A stretch of 64,000 bases of DNA from Candidatus Eiseniibacteriota bacterium (GTDB taxonomy: Bacteria; Eisenbacteria; RBG-16-71-46): NCBI GenBank assembly GCA_963744995.1, contig CAVUWA010000010.1, forward strand, positions 96,001 to 160,000, written 5' to 3'. Below, piece after piece: positions 9,079 to 18,693 of this stretch (within the stretch, counting starts at the first letter, position 1; every line of letters begins with the position of its first letter). The position numbers were made by a program, and so were the translations under genes. Below the pieces are notes generated by a model. It saw nothing but the letters and a program-made list of their open reading frames with translations. It searched no databases and was not told the origin of the DNA.

Positions 9079-12000
9079 CTACCGCACCACCATCACCTTC
9101 CCCGACGCTGCCGCCCGGCCGCCGAGCAGCACCCGGTAGAAGTACACGCCACCACTCACCTGCCGCCCGTTTGCGTCGCGCCCGTTCCAGATGAACGACC
9201 ACCTCCCGGGCTCGAGGTGCACCGCCCTGTAGGCGCGCACGCGCCTGCCCCGCACGTCGAACACTTCCAGCCCCACGCGGCCCCGTGTGGCCAGGTCGAA
9301 CGCCAGCGTCGTTTGACCGCTGAACGGGTTGGGCCGCGCAGGCCGAAGCTGAACGAGCGAACCTCCCGGAATGACCGGCCGCGCCGGCTGCACGGCCACA
9401 GGGGTGCCGGACCGGGACATCACGACGGCCACATCGCCACCCTGGTCGGCCGGGTCCATGCCCTCGGCCATCACGTGGAAACCGTCGTTCACGATGGTTC
9501 CGTTGCGCTTGATCTCCATGGACCATGGTCCGGGCCCGGGCGGGTGCGTGACGTTCATCATGTAGAACTCGTCCACGGAGAGCGAGATGTCGGTGCCGGG
9601 CGTCATGTTGGTCACGGTCATCGTCGCGTCGCCGCGCTCGGTGCCGTCGTCGAACGCGGGAATCGAGTCCCGCTCGTTGGGCATCAGTTCGAAATTGAAG
9701 TCCCCCCCGCCGTCGTAGCTGGTGGTCACCGTGAACTGAACGACGTCCTGGTTCATGTTGGTGAAGAAGATGCCCGCATGCTTCTGGAATGGCATGGTGC
9801 CCAGATCCACGCTCTCACCGGGGCCGAGCATCAGCTCCGAGAAGCGGCTCACGTGCACCATGCTGTGGGCGTCATCCGAGCCGGAGTCGACGCGGAACGC
9901 GGAGAGCGTACGATCCCCCGTGTGCCTGTCGGGCACCTCGAAGCTTCCGCCCAGTCGCAGGCCGGTGTCGGTCCTCAGGACCGGCAGGCGAACGATGTGG
10001 CTGGGAACGCCGGGATCGATGATTACCGGCGTGCCACATTCGGCGATCCCGTGGTTCATCAGGCGCGCGGCGTCGGGCGTGTAGACGTCGTCGCTGATGG
10101 TGAATGGCGTGTAGAAGGTGCCGACCAGTGCCAGGCCGGCCCCTCCGGGGTCGGGGCCCGAGAACATGCCCGTCGCCTGTGCGCAGGTGGTGCTGCCGCC
10201 CTTGATGCCGTTCATGGGCGGGTTCATGTTGTTCAGCACGACGTTGAAGATGTTGTAGATGGTCCATGGAACGTCCACCGGCGTGTTTCCGAGGATCAGG
10301 TGGCGGGTGATCGGGTGGGCCTTGGTGCCCGCGATCTCAGCGAACATCGGGTTGTTCATCGCCGCCCGGCAGAGCTTGAGGTAGTCGTTGAGCGTCGAGT
10401 AGTGCTCGCCCAGGTCGGGGCCGAAAGGCTCGTTGTCGAGCCCGGCCGGGTTGTGGAAGTGGGTTTCGGTCATCCCCAAAGCCGCGGCCCGCGCGTTCAT
10501 CTCGGCCACGAACATGGGCACGGTGACCGTGGGATCACCCGGGCCGTAGATGGCGTCGGCGATGGCGAACGCAGCGTCGTTCCCCGAGCGCATGAGACAG
10601 GCGTAGAGCATGTCGATGTGCTTCATGCGCTCGTTCAGGCCGAAGTGGTACTTGCTTCCCGGCACCCAGGTGCTCACCCACGCCCCTGCGACGTAGTCGC
10701 CGTTGGGGTCGAAGTACCTGGGATCATTCGAGGGCAGCTGCATGCGCTCGGTGGCGATCATCACCGTCATGATCTTGGTGATGCTCGCAATGCAGCTTCG
10801 CTCGAAGGGCTTGAGCGAGTAGACCCAGTTGTCCTCGCAATCCACGGTGAGCGCGCGGTAGCAGCCGAGCCCGTACTCCTGGCGCCATGGCGCCACGATG
10901 TACACCGCGCCCTCGTTGGGGGCGCCGTCCGCCGTTTCGCCGGGGGCGCCCACTGCGAGGCCACCGTTACCGGTCGCGTCGAACGCGCCGAACGCGAGCG
11001 TCCAGCCCAGCTTGTCCCCCACCGCAGGCTGCTCGTTCAGGTCGTACTGGTCCCAGAACACGGCCGCCGTGCTGCCGTCGAAGCCGGTCGTCGACCCATA
11101 GGCCATGAACACGTGCCCGGCCTGGATCGGCCCCGGCTGGTTGGATTCGTTGTATCCGCCGATGGCCAGATCGTCCCAGGCATCGGCGGTGTGGAACGAG
11201 CCGGCGGCCAGGGCACTGCCGAACAGTTCATTGTCGAAGAAAGCATCGTTAAAGTAACTGGCGTCCAGAACGGTGGCGGCGGCGGTGACGAGCCCGCCGT
11301 TGGCGCCCGACCACACCGTCACGCGCCCCTGATTCGTATAGCCGCTCACGCTCCGGTACGGCTCGCCGACGGCGAGGCTCGCGTAGCCCCCGGCGTCCTG
11401 AAACACGCCGGCGGCGAGGGCGTAGCCGAACCTGGCGCCTTGCTGAGCGTTGTCCACGTCGCTCGCGTCGTAGGGCGTGGCGTTCACCTGCGAGATCCCG
11501 GCACCGACGATCCCCGGAATCACCCATACGCGGCCGATGTCCGGAATCGCGAAGGTGCTGATCACGTCGAAACCCGGCACGCCGACCGCGAGATCGGGAG
11601 CAGCGGTGCCCATCAGGTTGCCCGCCGCGAGCGAGAAGCCGAACTGGTTACCGTCCACGTTGGCCCCGCCGAGCACCGCTTCATCGAACCATGCGGTTCC
11701 GCCCGAGCCCGGGCCGCTCACCCCGCCAATGAATTCGACGATGATGCCCTGCTGATTGTTCTCACCCGGCGCACCGACGATCAGCTCCAGGCGATCGTCG
11801 ACGTCGAGATCGAAATTGCCCGCGACGAGCGACTGCCCGAACCGGTCGCCCGGGTCGGCCGTGAGCCCTGCCGACACTTCGTTGATCCACAGCCACGGCA
11901 CCAGCCCGGAACTCGTACCCCGCAGCACGAGCACCTCGCCCCGGTCCTTGTTGGTCAGGCCGAGGCTCGAGCCCGGCGCCCCGATCGCCAGATCGTCGTA

Positions 12001-12408
12001 GCCGTCGTGGTCGAAGTCGGCGGCCACGAGCGCCGCGCCGAATTCGCTCCCGGGGTGGATCGCGCCGCCGGCCGTCGACTGCGTGAAGACGTGGGCCCCC
12101 ACGTGGGTGATGCCGAAATGCGATCCCCAGTTGATGATGACGATTCCGGCATCGGCGATGGCGCCGATGTCTTCGAAGGGTGCCCCCGCGGCGACGTCGT
12201 CGTAGCCGTCGCCGTTGAAGTCGCCGCTCGCCACGGCGCTGCCGAAGAGGTCGCCCGACTCGGGCGTGTCGGCGCTCTCGGGGCCCTGGCGGTAGAGCTG
12301 AAGGTGGGCGCCGGCAGGGCTCGCGCAGAGCATGGCGAGCAGCGCGGCGGCCACGGCGAGAAGGACCGTGGGCTTGAAATACGGTGGTCCTGCGGAGGCC
12401 GGCGGCAT
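9079..12408 (-). CDS. Secreted FG-GAP repeat + S11 D-Ala-D-Ala carboxypeptidase + FlgD-Ig CTD protein
   Basis: GDFNGDGYDDVAAGAP-type repeats; IASITK (SxxK), RSGNDAA (SxN), MTETHFHNPAGLD, KGG; CTD PNPF...WNGRDANG...GVYFYR. Confidence 0.88.
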   Translation of the reverse strand: MPPASAGPPYFKPTVLLAVAAALLAMLCASPAGAHLQLYRQGPESADTPESGDLFGSAVASGDFNGDGYDDVAAGAPFEDIGAIADAGIVIINWGSHFGITHVGAHVFTQSTAGGAIHPGSEFGAALVAADFDHDGYDDLAIGAPGSSLGLTNKDRGEVLVLRGTSSGLVPWLWINEVSAGLTADPGDRFGQSLVAGNFDLDVDDRLELIVGAPGENNQQGIIVEFIGGVSGPGSGGTAWFDEAVLGGANVDGNQFGFSLAAGNLMGTAAPDLAVGVPGFDVISTFAIPDIGRVWVIPGIVGAGISQVNATPYDASDVDNAQQGARFGYALAAGVFQDAGGYASLAVGEPYRSVSGYTNQGRVTVWSGANGGLVTAAATVLDASYFNDAFFDNELFGSALAAGSFHTADAWDDLAIGGYNESNQPGPIQAGHVFMAYGSTTGFDGSTAAVFWDQYDLNEQPAVGDKLGWTLAFGAFDATGNGGLAVGAPGETADGAPNEGAVYIVAPWRQEYGLGCYRALTVDCEDNWVYSLKPFERSCIASITKIMTVMIATERMQLPSNDPRYFDPNGDYVAGAWVSTWVPGSKYHFGLNERMKHIDMLYACLMRSGNDAAFAIADAIYGPGDPTVTVPMFVAEMNARAAALGMTETHFHNPAGLDNEPFGPDLGEHYSTLNDYLKLCRAAMNNPMFAEIAGTKAHPITRHLILGNTPVDVPWTIYNIFNVVLNNMNPPMNGIKGGSTTCAQATGMFSGPDPGGAGLALVGTFYTPFTISDDVYTPDAARLMNHGIAECGTPVIIDPGVPSHIVRLPVLRTDTGLRLGGSFEVPDRHTGDRTLSAFRVDSGSDDAHSMVHVSRFSELMLGPGESVDLGTMPFQKHAGIFFTNMNQDVVQFTVTTSYDGGGDFNFELMPNERDSIPAFDDGTERGDATMTVTNMTPGTDISLSVDEFYMMNVTHPPGPGPWSMEIKRNGTIVNDGFHVMAEGMDPADQGGDVAVVMSRSGTPVAVQPARPVIPGGSLVQLRPARPNPFSGQTTLAFDLATRGRVGLEVFDVRGRRVRAYRAVHLEPGRWSFIWNGRDANGRQVSGGVYFYRVLLGGRAAASGKVMVVR

Positions 12409-12499
12409 GGCGGATTCCTTTGGGATGGAGGAATTCCGGGTTTCGGCAGGGATGTTCAGCATACATGCGATGGCCTGTCAGGCGGCCACGCCTTTGACG

Positions 12500-14635
12500 C
12501 TACTCGATCACGACCACCCGCCGGCGCTTCTCGATCGCACCGTCCAGCCGCAGCACGGCGAAGTAGACGCCGGGCGCCAGGCCGGCCGTGCGCCACTGCA
12601 GGGACGTGGTCCCCGCAGGGGAGCGGCCGCTGAAGAGCGTGCGGACCGCGCGGCCCTGCACGTCGATCAGCGCCAGGTCCACCTGCGCTTCGCGTGGCAG
12701 GTCGAAGACCAGGCCGCCGGTGCCGCGCACCGGGTGGGCACCGGTCAGGCGCAGGTCGGCGGCGAGTGGGACGGCCGAACCGTCGACCCCGACCGGAAGT
12801 CCGTTGAAACGCAGCCCCCACGCCCACAGGTCGAGGCGCGTCGTCCCGGCGGCGAAGAGCTCCAAACGCCACAGGCCCTGCGCGGACTGGCCGTTGAACG
12901 TCGAGAGTGACTGGCTCGGCTTCACGCCCTGCGTGTAGGGAATGATCCCCGACGCCAGCGTGTTGACGGCGTCGTCGTTGAACTCGGTGTGCAGATCGCG
13001 GCCGCGCGCGGCGCCCGGCGCGACGAGGTCGACGAGGAGCATCGCGGGTGAGCGCAGCGTCACCTCGACCTGGGAAAGATCGGTGGTGGGCGCGAACACG
13101 AACACGTCCACGTCGCCGACGACCAGGTTCGCCGGGTAGAAGATGTCGTCGCTTACGTATGACGCGCCGGCACCGTCCGGCAGTGTGGAACCGCCAATGA
13201 TCCGGTAGTCGAACTCGCTCGCGGGCGCGGTCCCGGGCGCCCAGCCGGGGGCGCTCAGCGCCGCGCCGGACTTCACCAGCCGCGCATCGCTGCCGAAGAC
13301 TCCGATCTGCTCGAGACCGTCGAAATGCGCGCTCCAGCGCTCCGCCATGCCGCCTGTCACGGAGACGTTGAGCGGATTCAAGAAGCCCGAGTAGCCGAGG
13401 AACATGCCCTGGCGGATCTGCTGCGGGGACAGCTCGCCCCGGGTGACCCGCACCTCGTCCAGGTAACCGTTCCAGCGGTACGACCCGTCAAGATCCTGGC
13501 CGACGTCCACGAAGTGGCCGTTCTCGCCCACGGGCCCCGTGATCGTGCCGGTTTGCGAATCGAGCCGGCCGTTGACGTAGAGCGTCGTGATGCCGTTGCG
13601 ATAGGTCGCCGCCACGTGAGTCCACCGATCGAGCGGGATCGTTGTGGTGCTTTGCACGTAGTTCCCGGCGCCGCCAGTCGGATAGAAGCGCAGCTTTCCA
13701 GAGGTATTCAGACCGAACCAGAAACTCGTCATGTAGTCCCGGCCGACGATCGCCGGATAGCCGGAGTACGAGCGCGGCGCCACCCACGCCTCGATGCTCA
13801 AGCCCTGCGAGAATCCGTCGCCCATCGGGATCACCGCGTAGTCGTCGATCCCGTTGAACTCGACGGCGACGTTCGGGCTCACGGGCGCCGCGAATGCGTT
13901 CGAAAGAATCGGTCCCGGCTCGAACTGGGCGAAGTTGTCGGCCGCGCCGAGTCCGGAGTCGCGATCGTATGCGCCCGTAACCGCGGTGAGGTGCATGTCC
14001 CACACGGCCTCGAGCGTGTAGAAGTAGGCAGGCGTCTGGAAGAAGGGGTTCCCCACCTCGACGTACATCGTCGACTCGATCTGTGGGCCCGTGCGCGCCT
14101 CGCTCCAGATCCGCACCTCGTCCAGGTAGCCCTGCCAGAGGTAGTCGAGCACTCCAAAATTGCGATCGGCGCCGATGCGCAGATCTTCCGTCGTCGTCCC
14201 CACGGCGCCGACGATGCCGAACCCGGTCGAGGCGAGCTTACCGTTCAGGAAGATCGACCAGCCCACCCCCTGCTCGTAGGTCGCGGCCACGTGTGTCCAC
14301 TCGTTCAGAGGCACGACGGCGGCCGTCTCTACGTACGATCCCCCGGTGGGATAGAAACGGACGTTCCCCGACGTATTGAGCCCGAGCCAGAAGCTGTTCT
14401 GGTAGTCGTTGCCGATGATCGTGGGATAGTTGCTGTACGTGAGCGGATACACCCACGCCTCGAGCGTGTAGGCCGGGTTGCCCTGGATGTCGGTCTTGTT
14501 CGCGACCGAAAGGTACTCCCCGGCGGGACCGCCCAGGTTGAGTCCGGCGCTTGCGGGCAGGCCGTACTGTGCGGCGGAGGGGCGCGCATGGAGCAGCAGG
14601 CCCAGTGCGAGGAGAACGATCGCGGCAGGTCGCAT
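12500..14635 (-). CDS. Secreted protein: two LamG-like domains + proprotein-convertase P-domain + FlgD-Ig CTD
   Basis: Duplicated T/S.EAWV.P...WTHVAATY...GYLDEVR; VTLRSP...LSTFNGQSAQGLWRL; CTD LIDVQGRAVRTL...PGVYFAVL; AAGGAGG RBS. Confidence 0.85.
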   Translation of the reverse strand: MRPAAIVLLALGLLLHARPSAAQYGLPASAGLNLGGPAGEYLSVANKTDIQGNPAYTLEAWVYPLTYSNYPTIIGNDYQNSFWLGLNTSGNVRFYPTGGSYVETAAVVPLNEWTHVAATYEQGVGWSIFLNGKLASTGFGIVGAVGTTTEDLRIGADRNFGVLDYLWQGYLDEVRIWSEARTGPQIESTMYVEVGNPFFQTPAYFYTLEAVWDMHLTAVTGAYDRDSGLGAADNFAQFEPGPILSNAFAAPVSPNVAVEFNGIDDYAVIPMGDGFSQGLSIEAWVAPRSYSGYPAIVGRDYMTSFWFGLNTSGKLRFYPTGGAGNYVQSTTTIPLDRWTHVAATYRNGITTLYVNGRLDSQTGTITGPVGENGHFVDVGQDLDGSYRWNGYLDEVRVTRGELSPQQIRQGMFLGYSGFLNPLNVSVTGGMAERWSAHFDGLEQIGVFGSDARLVKSGAALSAPGWAPGTAPASEFDYRIIGGSTLPDGAGASYVSDDIFYPANLVVGDVDVFVFAPTTDLSQVEVTLRSPAMLLVDLVAPGAARGRDLHTEFNDDAVNTLASGIIPYTQGVKPSQSLSTFNGQSAQGLWRLELFAAGTTRLDLWAWGLRFNGLPVGVDGSAVPLAADLRLTGAHPVRGTGGLVFDLPREAQVDLALIDVQGRAVRTLFSGRSPAGTTSLQWRTAGLAPGVYFAVLRLDGAIEKRRRVVVIE

Positions 14636-14823
14636 GGCGGCCTCCTTCGGGGTCGGAGGGGTTCATGGCGGCCCGGGGAGGCCCCGGCAGGGGGGCTAGT
14701 CTACCGCACTCCGCACGGCCTGGGGCATCCGTTCGGGCTCGAATGTGCCCTGCGGGCATGGCGCCCGGTGGCTCATGTAAGGCGTGGCTCCGCCGGAGGA
14801 TGCGATGGCGGGTACCGCGCCGC

Positions 14824-14988
14824 TCAAGACCCGCCCGGGCGCTTCCCCTCCTCGTCGTCGTGCAGCATGCGGATCGCCGGCGTCTCGGTGTCGTCGTACT
14901 GGCCGTGCCGCGCGGCCCATACGTAGGCGCCGATCGCGATGAACACGATCAGCAGTGCGAGCGGCACCAGAATGTAGAGGACGCTCAT
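14824..14988 (-). CDS. ccoS: cbb3 oxidase assembly protein CcoS/FixS
   Basis: MSVLYILVPLALL...WAARHGQYDDTETPAIRML; ATGA overlap with ccoI. Confidence 0.92.
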   Translation of the reverse strand: MSVLYILVPLALLIVFIAIGAYVWAARHGQYDDTETPAIRMLHDDEEGKRPGGS

Positions 14989-17477
14989 CTCGGTTCCACT
15001 TCGAAGGTGCGGCTCCACCAGGACGCCAGCACGACGGTGATCGAGCTCGCGGGCATCATCACCGCAGCGATCAACGGATGCAGCACGCCGGCCATCGCCA
15101 GCGAGGCACCCGCGAGATTGTAGACCAGCGAGAACGCCACGTTGCGGTGAATGACACGCAACGTGCGCCGCGCGCCGGCGACGAGCCGCGGCAGGCCGCC
15201 GAGACCGGGCGTCGTGAGGTAGACGTCGGCGGCCGCGAGCGAAGCCTCGGCGCCGCCGCTCACGCCGATCCCCACCGAGGCGGCGGCGATCGCGGCCGCG
15301 TCGTTGATGCCGTCGCCGACCATGAACACCGGTCCGCGTGCGGCCGCCGCGCGCACGGCGGCGAGCTTCCGCTCGGGCGTCGCGGCGCCCTCGGCGGCGG
15401 CGGGATCGAGCCCGAGCGCATGGGCCACGGACGCCGCGACGCGCGGGTCATCCCCCGACAGCAGGCGCACCTGGTTCCCCTCCGCGCGCAGCCTGCGCAC
15501 GACCTCGCGCGAATCCGCGCGCAGCCGGTCGCCGAACGCCGCGCGTGCGACCACGCGCCCGTCGACCGCGACGTGCACGGGCGTGAGCGCCGCGTCGTCT
15601 TCTCCGGCCGCTGCGGCGCCATCGCCTGCGGCGTCGGCCCCCGTCGCGGCCCCCACCACCCATGCCGGCGCGCCGACGCGCACGATCCTGCCGTCCACTC
15701 GCCCCTCGACGCCGGCGCCCGCGACCACGTGCACGTCGTGCGCCGCGGCGGCCGCGACGTCCGGCCACGCGGCGCGGAAACCCTCCGCCACCGGGTGCGT
15801 CGAGTGTGCTTCGAGCGCGAGCACCAGCGGGCGGACCTCGTCCGCGCCCTTCCACGTCGCGAGCCGCGTGCGCCCCTCGGTGACCGTGCCGGTCTTGTCG
15901 AGCACGAACGTGCCGCGCCCGGCGAGCCGCTCGAGCGCTCCGCCGCCGCGGATCAGCATTCCCGCCCGGGCCGCACGGCCGATCGCGACCGAAAGCGCGA
16001 GCGGTGTCGCCAGCGCGAGCGCGCACGGACACGTGACGATCAGCAGCGCGATCGCGTGATCCATCGCGGCGGCCGCGTCGTGGCGCCACCAGACCAGCGC
16101 CGTCAGAACGGCCAGGCCGAGCACGATCGCGACGAACGCGCCCGCCATGCGATCGGCGAGCTGCACGACCGGGGCGCGCTCGCGCGAGGCGCTCTCGACC
16201 TCGCGCATGAGCTGGCCGAGGCGACTGGCCTCGCCCGCCTCCTCGACGCGGATCCACAGCCGCGCGCCGCGGCTGACCGTCCCCGCAAACGCCCTCATGC
16301 CCGGACCCGCGCGCTCGGGCTTCGATTCGCCGGTGAGCAGCGACAGGTCGATGTTCGACGCGCCGGCGATGATGTCGCCGTCGGCGGGAACCGTTTCGCC
16401 GTCGCGCACCTCGACCACCATGCCCGGGAGCAGTGCGGCGAGCGGCAGCGACGCCACTGCGGCGGCCGGCAGCGCCTCGTACGCGGCCGCGGGGGCGCCG
16501 GGCGCCGGCAGGGATTCCGTCTTCACCACCCGCGCCGTGGACGGCACCAGCGCGTGCAACAGCTCGGTGGCGTCGGTCGCCGTGCGTTGCGCGCGCTGCT
16601 GCAGGAAACGCCCGACCAGCAGCAGGAAGACCAGCATCGTGACACCGTCGAAGTAGACGGGGCCGCTGTCGGCGATCGTGTTCACCGCCCCGCGCGCGTA
16701 CCCGGCGAGCAGCGCGATCGCGATCGGCAGGTCCATGTGCAGCGTCCTGGTGCGCAGCGCGCCGAACGCGCCGCGGAAGAACACCCGCCCGGGCCAGATC
16801 AAGGCGGGCGTCGCGAGGGCGAGGCTCACCCAGCGGAAAAACCGCGCGTAGACGTGCTCCATCCCGCTGAACCAGCCGCTGTAGAGCGCGAATGCGACCA
16901 GCATCGTGTTGCCGGCGAGCGCTCCCGCCACGCCGATGTGGGCGAGCATCGTGCGGTCCTCGACGCGGCGCATGGCGTCGGCCTTCACGCCACGGAAAGG
17001 ATGGGGCCGGTAGCCGAGCGTATCGAGGAACGCGGCGATCTTCGAGAGCGGCAGCGCGCCCGGATCCCAGACGATCGTCACGCGCCGCCTGGGCACGTCG
17101 AGCTCGGCGCTCGCGACGCCGGGCACGGCGAGCGGCACCCGCTCGACGAGCCACACGCAGGAGGCGCAGTGCACGCCCTCCAGGTAGAACTCGGTCTCGG
17201 CGCGGCCGTCCGGGCGCGTGCGCACGTACAGCTCGTGGAAGGCGGCGTGGTCGAATGCTTCGAAGCCGAGCCCGCTCGCGTGCACCGCCGCGCGGCGCTT
17301 TTCGGGGAGCGCGTAGAAGCGCTCGAGCCCGGACTCGTGGATGATCCGGTACGCGGTGCGGCAGCCCGCGCAGCAGAACGGCCGCTCGCCGGGCCCGGCC
17401 GCGGGCGACGGCAGGCCGCAGTGCGCGCAGTCCACCGCCGCGACGTCGGCGACGTGCGGGACGTCAGCGGTCGTCAT
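14985..17477 (-). CDS. ccoI: Cu-translocating P1B ATPase CcoI/FixI
   Basis: CAHCG, FCCAGC, HCASC, TGES, CPCAL, DKTGT, HP, GDGINDA motifs; cco context. Confidence 0.95.
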   Translation of the reverse strand: MTTADVPHVADVAAVDCAHCGLPSPAAGPGERPFCCAGCRTAYRIIHESGLERFYALPEKRRAAVHASGLGFEAFDHAAFHELYVRTRPDGRAETEFYLEGVHCASCVWLVERVPLAVPGVASAELDVPRRRVTIVWDPGALPLSKIAAFLDTLGYRPHPFRGVKADAMRRVEDRTMLAHIGVAGALAGNTMLVAFALYSGWFSGMEHVYARFFRWVSLALATPALIWPGRVFFRGAFGALRTRTLHMDLPIAIALLAGYARGAVNTIADSGPVYFDGVTMLVFLLLVGRFLQQRAQRTATDATELLHALVPSTARVVKTESLPAPGAPAAAYEALPAAAVASLPLAALLPGMVVEVRDGETVPADGDIIAGASNIDLSLLTGESKPERAGPGMRAFAGTVSRGARLWIRVEEAGEASRLGQLMREVESASRERAPVVQLADRMAGAFVAIVLGLAVLTALVWWRHDAAAAMDHAIALLIVTCPCALALATPLALSVAIGRAARAGMLIRGGGALERLAGRGTFVLDKTGTVTEGRTRLATWKGADEVRPLVLALEAHSTHPVAEGFRAAWPDVAAAAAHDVHVVAGAGVEGRVDGRIVRVGAPAWVVGAATGADAAGDGAAAAGEDDAALTPVHVAVDGRVVARAAFGDRLRADSREVVRRLRAEGNQVRLLSGDDPRVAASVAHALGLDPAAAEGAATPERKLAAVRAAAARGPVFMVGDGINDAAAIAAASVGIGVSGGAEASLAAADVYLTTPGLGGLPRLVAGARRTLRVIHRNVAFSLVYNLAGASLAMAGVLHPLIAAVMMPASSITVVLASWWSRTFEVEPR

Positions 17478-18195
17478 CGGCGACGGCCGCGGGCGCTTCC
17501 GTGGACGCGGGATCGTGCATGCCGTGCATGCCGTGGACGTGCGGCTGCAGGCGGCCGCCGAGCGTGAGCAGGCCGAGCACGATCATCAGTACGGCCGCGA
17601 GCACCGGCAACCGGCGGCGCAGTCCGCCGAGCGCCGACTGGGCGAGCAGCGCGAGCCCGGCCAGCACCGGCACCGTGCCCACCCAGAACACCGCCATCAC
17701 CAGCATGCCGCCCGCCGGGGTGCCGGTGCCGGCGGCGATCGCGACGTAGGTGTAGAGCCAGCCGCACGGCAGCAGCGTGGACAGCAGACCCATCGTGGCG
17801 CCGCGCACCGCTGCGGGCTGGGCGTGCACGCCGCGCAGCGCGCGCGCGATCAGCCCGTGTGCGCCGGCGGCGCCGCCGACCGGCCCGCCGACGCCCGCCG
17901 CGCGCAGCAGCGCCACGCCGCCCCAGGCGATCATGGCCGTTCCGGCGAGCCAGGCGGCCGCGCGGCCGATGCCCACCACCGCCCCCAGCCGCTCGACGCC
18001 GCCGCCGAGCGCCCCCGCCAGCGCGCCGAGCGCGACGTAGGACACCAGGCGGCCCGCGTTGTAGGCGGCGTGCGCGAGCCAGCGCCGACGCGTTTCGTGG
18101 CCGGCGTAGAATACGACGAAGCCGCCGCACATCCCGGCGCAGTGCGGGCTGCCGATCAGGCTCGTGAGGAGCACGGAGCCGGCGAGCGCGAGCAC
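17464..18195 (-). CDS. DsbD_2/TauE-like membrane protein (cbb3 biogenesis)
   Basis: SPHCAGMCGG, YNAGRLVSY, LLPCGWLY motifs. Confidence 0.9.
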   Translation of the reverse strand: MLALAGSVLLTSLIGSPHCAGMCGGFVVFYAGHETRRRWLAHAAYNAGRLVSYVALGALAGALGGGVERLGAVVGIGRAAAWLAGTAMIAWGGVALLRAAGVGGPVGGAAGAHGLIARALRGVHAQPAAVRGATMGLLSTLLPCGWLYTYVAIAAGTGTPAGGMLVMAVFWVGTVPVLAGLALLAQSALGGLRRRLPVLAAVLMIVLGLLTLGGRLQPHVHGMHGMHDPASTEAPAAVADDDR

Positions 18196-18693
18196 CTAGC
18201 CGCCCGCAGCGCGCGGTTGGAGCACGGCATCGCGGCGCAGCGAGACGACGAATCGCTCCGTTCCGTTGAGAACGCTGAAACGCAGCTCCCAGAGCCCCGC
18301 GCGATGGAGCGGCAGGCGGATCGCGCCCGCGCCGTTCCCATCGAGCACGGTCTCGGCTTCGGGCCGGTGCGCCGCGTCGAGGTTGTGGATGGCCGTGCAG
18401 CCCACCCGCGCGCCGGCGAGCGGCGCCCCGCCCGCGTCGGTGACACGCACGCGCACCACGCCCGCGCGCGTCGGATCGATCGGGTCGATCGCGGCGTCCA
18501 CGTGCCAGCCGAGCTCGGCGCTCTCCTCGTTGCGCGCGGCGGTCGAGTCCCACGCCACGGCCTTACGGTAGTAGTCGGGCTCCACGACGGCCGCATTGCG
18601 GTCGTTGGCCGCGTAGAGGATGAACACGTTGGCCACCACCGTCACGCCCAGGACGCCGGCGAGCGCCAGGGGCCACCACTTCGCGCCGTTCAT
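18196..18693 (-). CDS. ccoH: FixH/CcoH family protein
   Basis: N-terminal TM helix, VEPDYYRKAVAW, LGW, GLWEL; between ccoG and the DsbD_2 gene. Confidence 0.8.
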   Translation of the reverse strand: MNGAKWWPLALAGVLGVTVVANVFILYAANDRNAAVVEPDYYRKAVAWDSTAARNEESAELGWHVDAAIDPIDPTRAGVVRVRVTDAGGAPLAGARVGCTAIHNLDAAHRPEAETVLDGNGAGAIRLPLHRAGLWELRFSVLNGTERFVVSLRRDAVLQPRAAGG

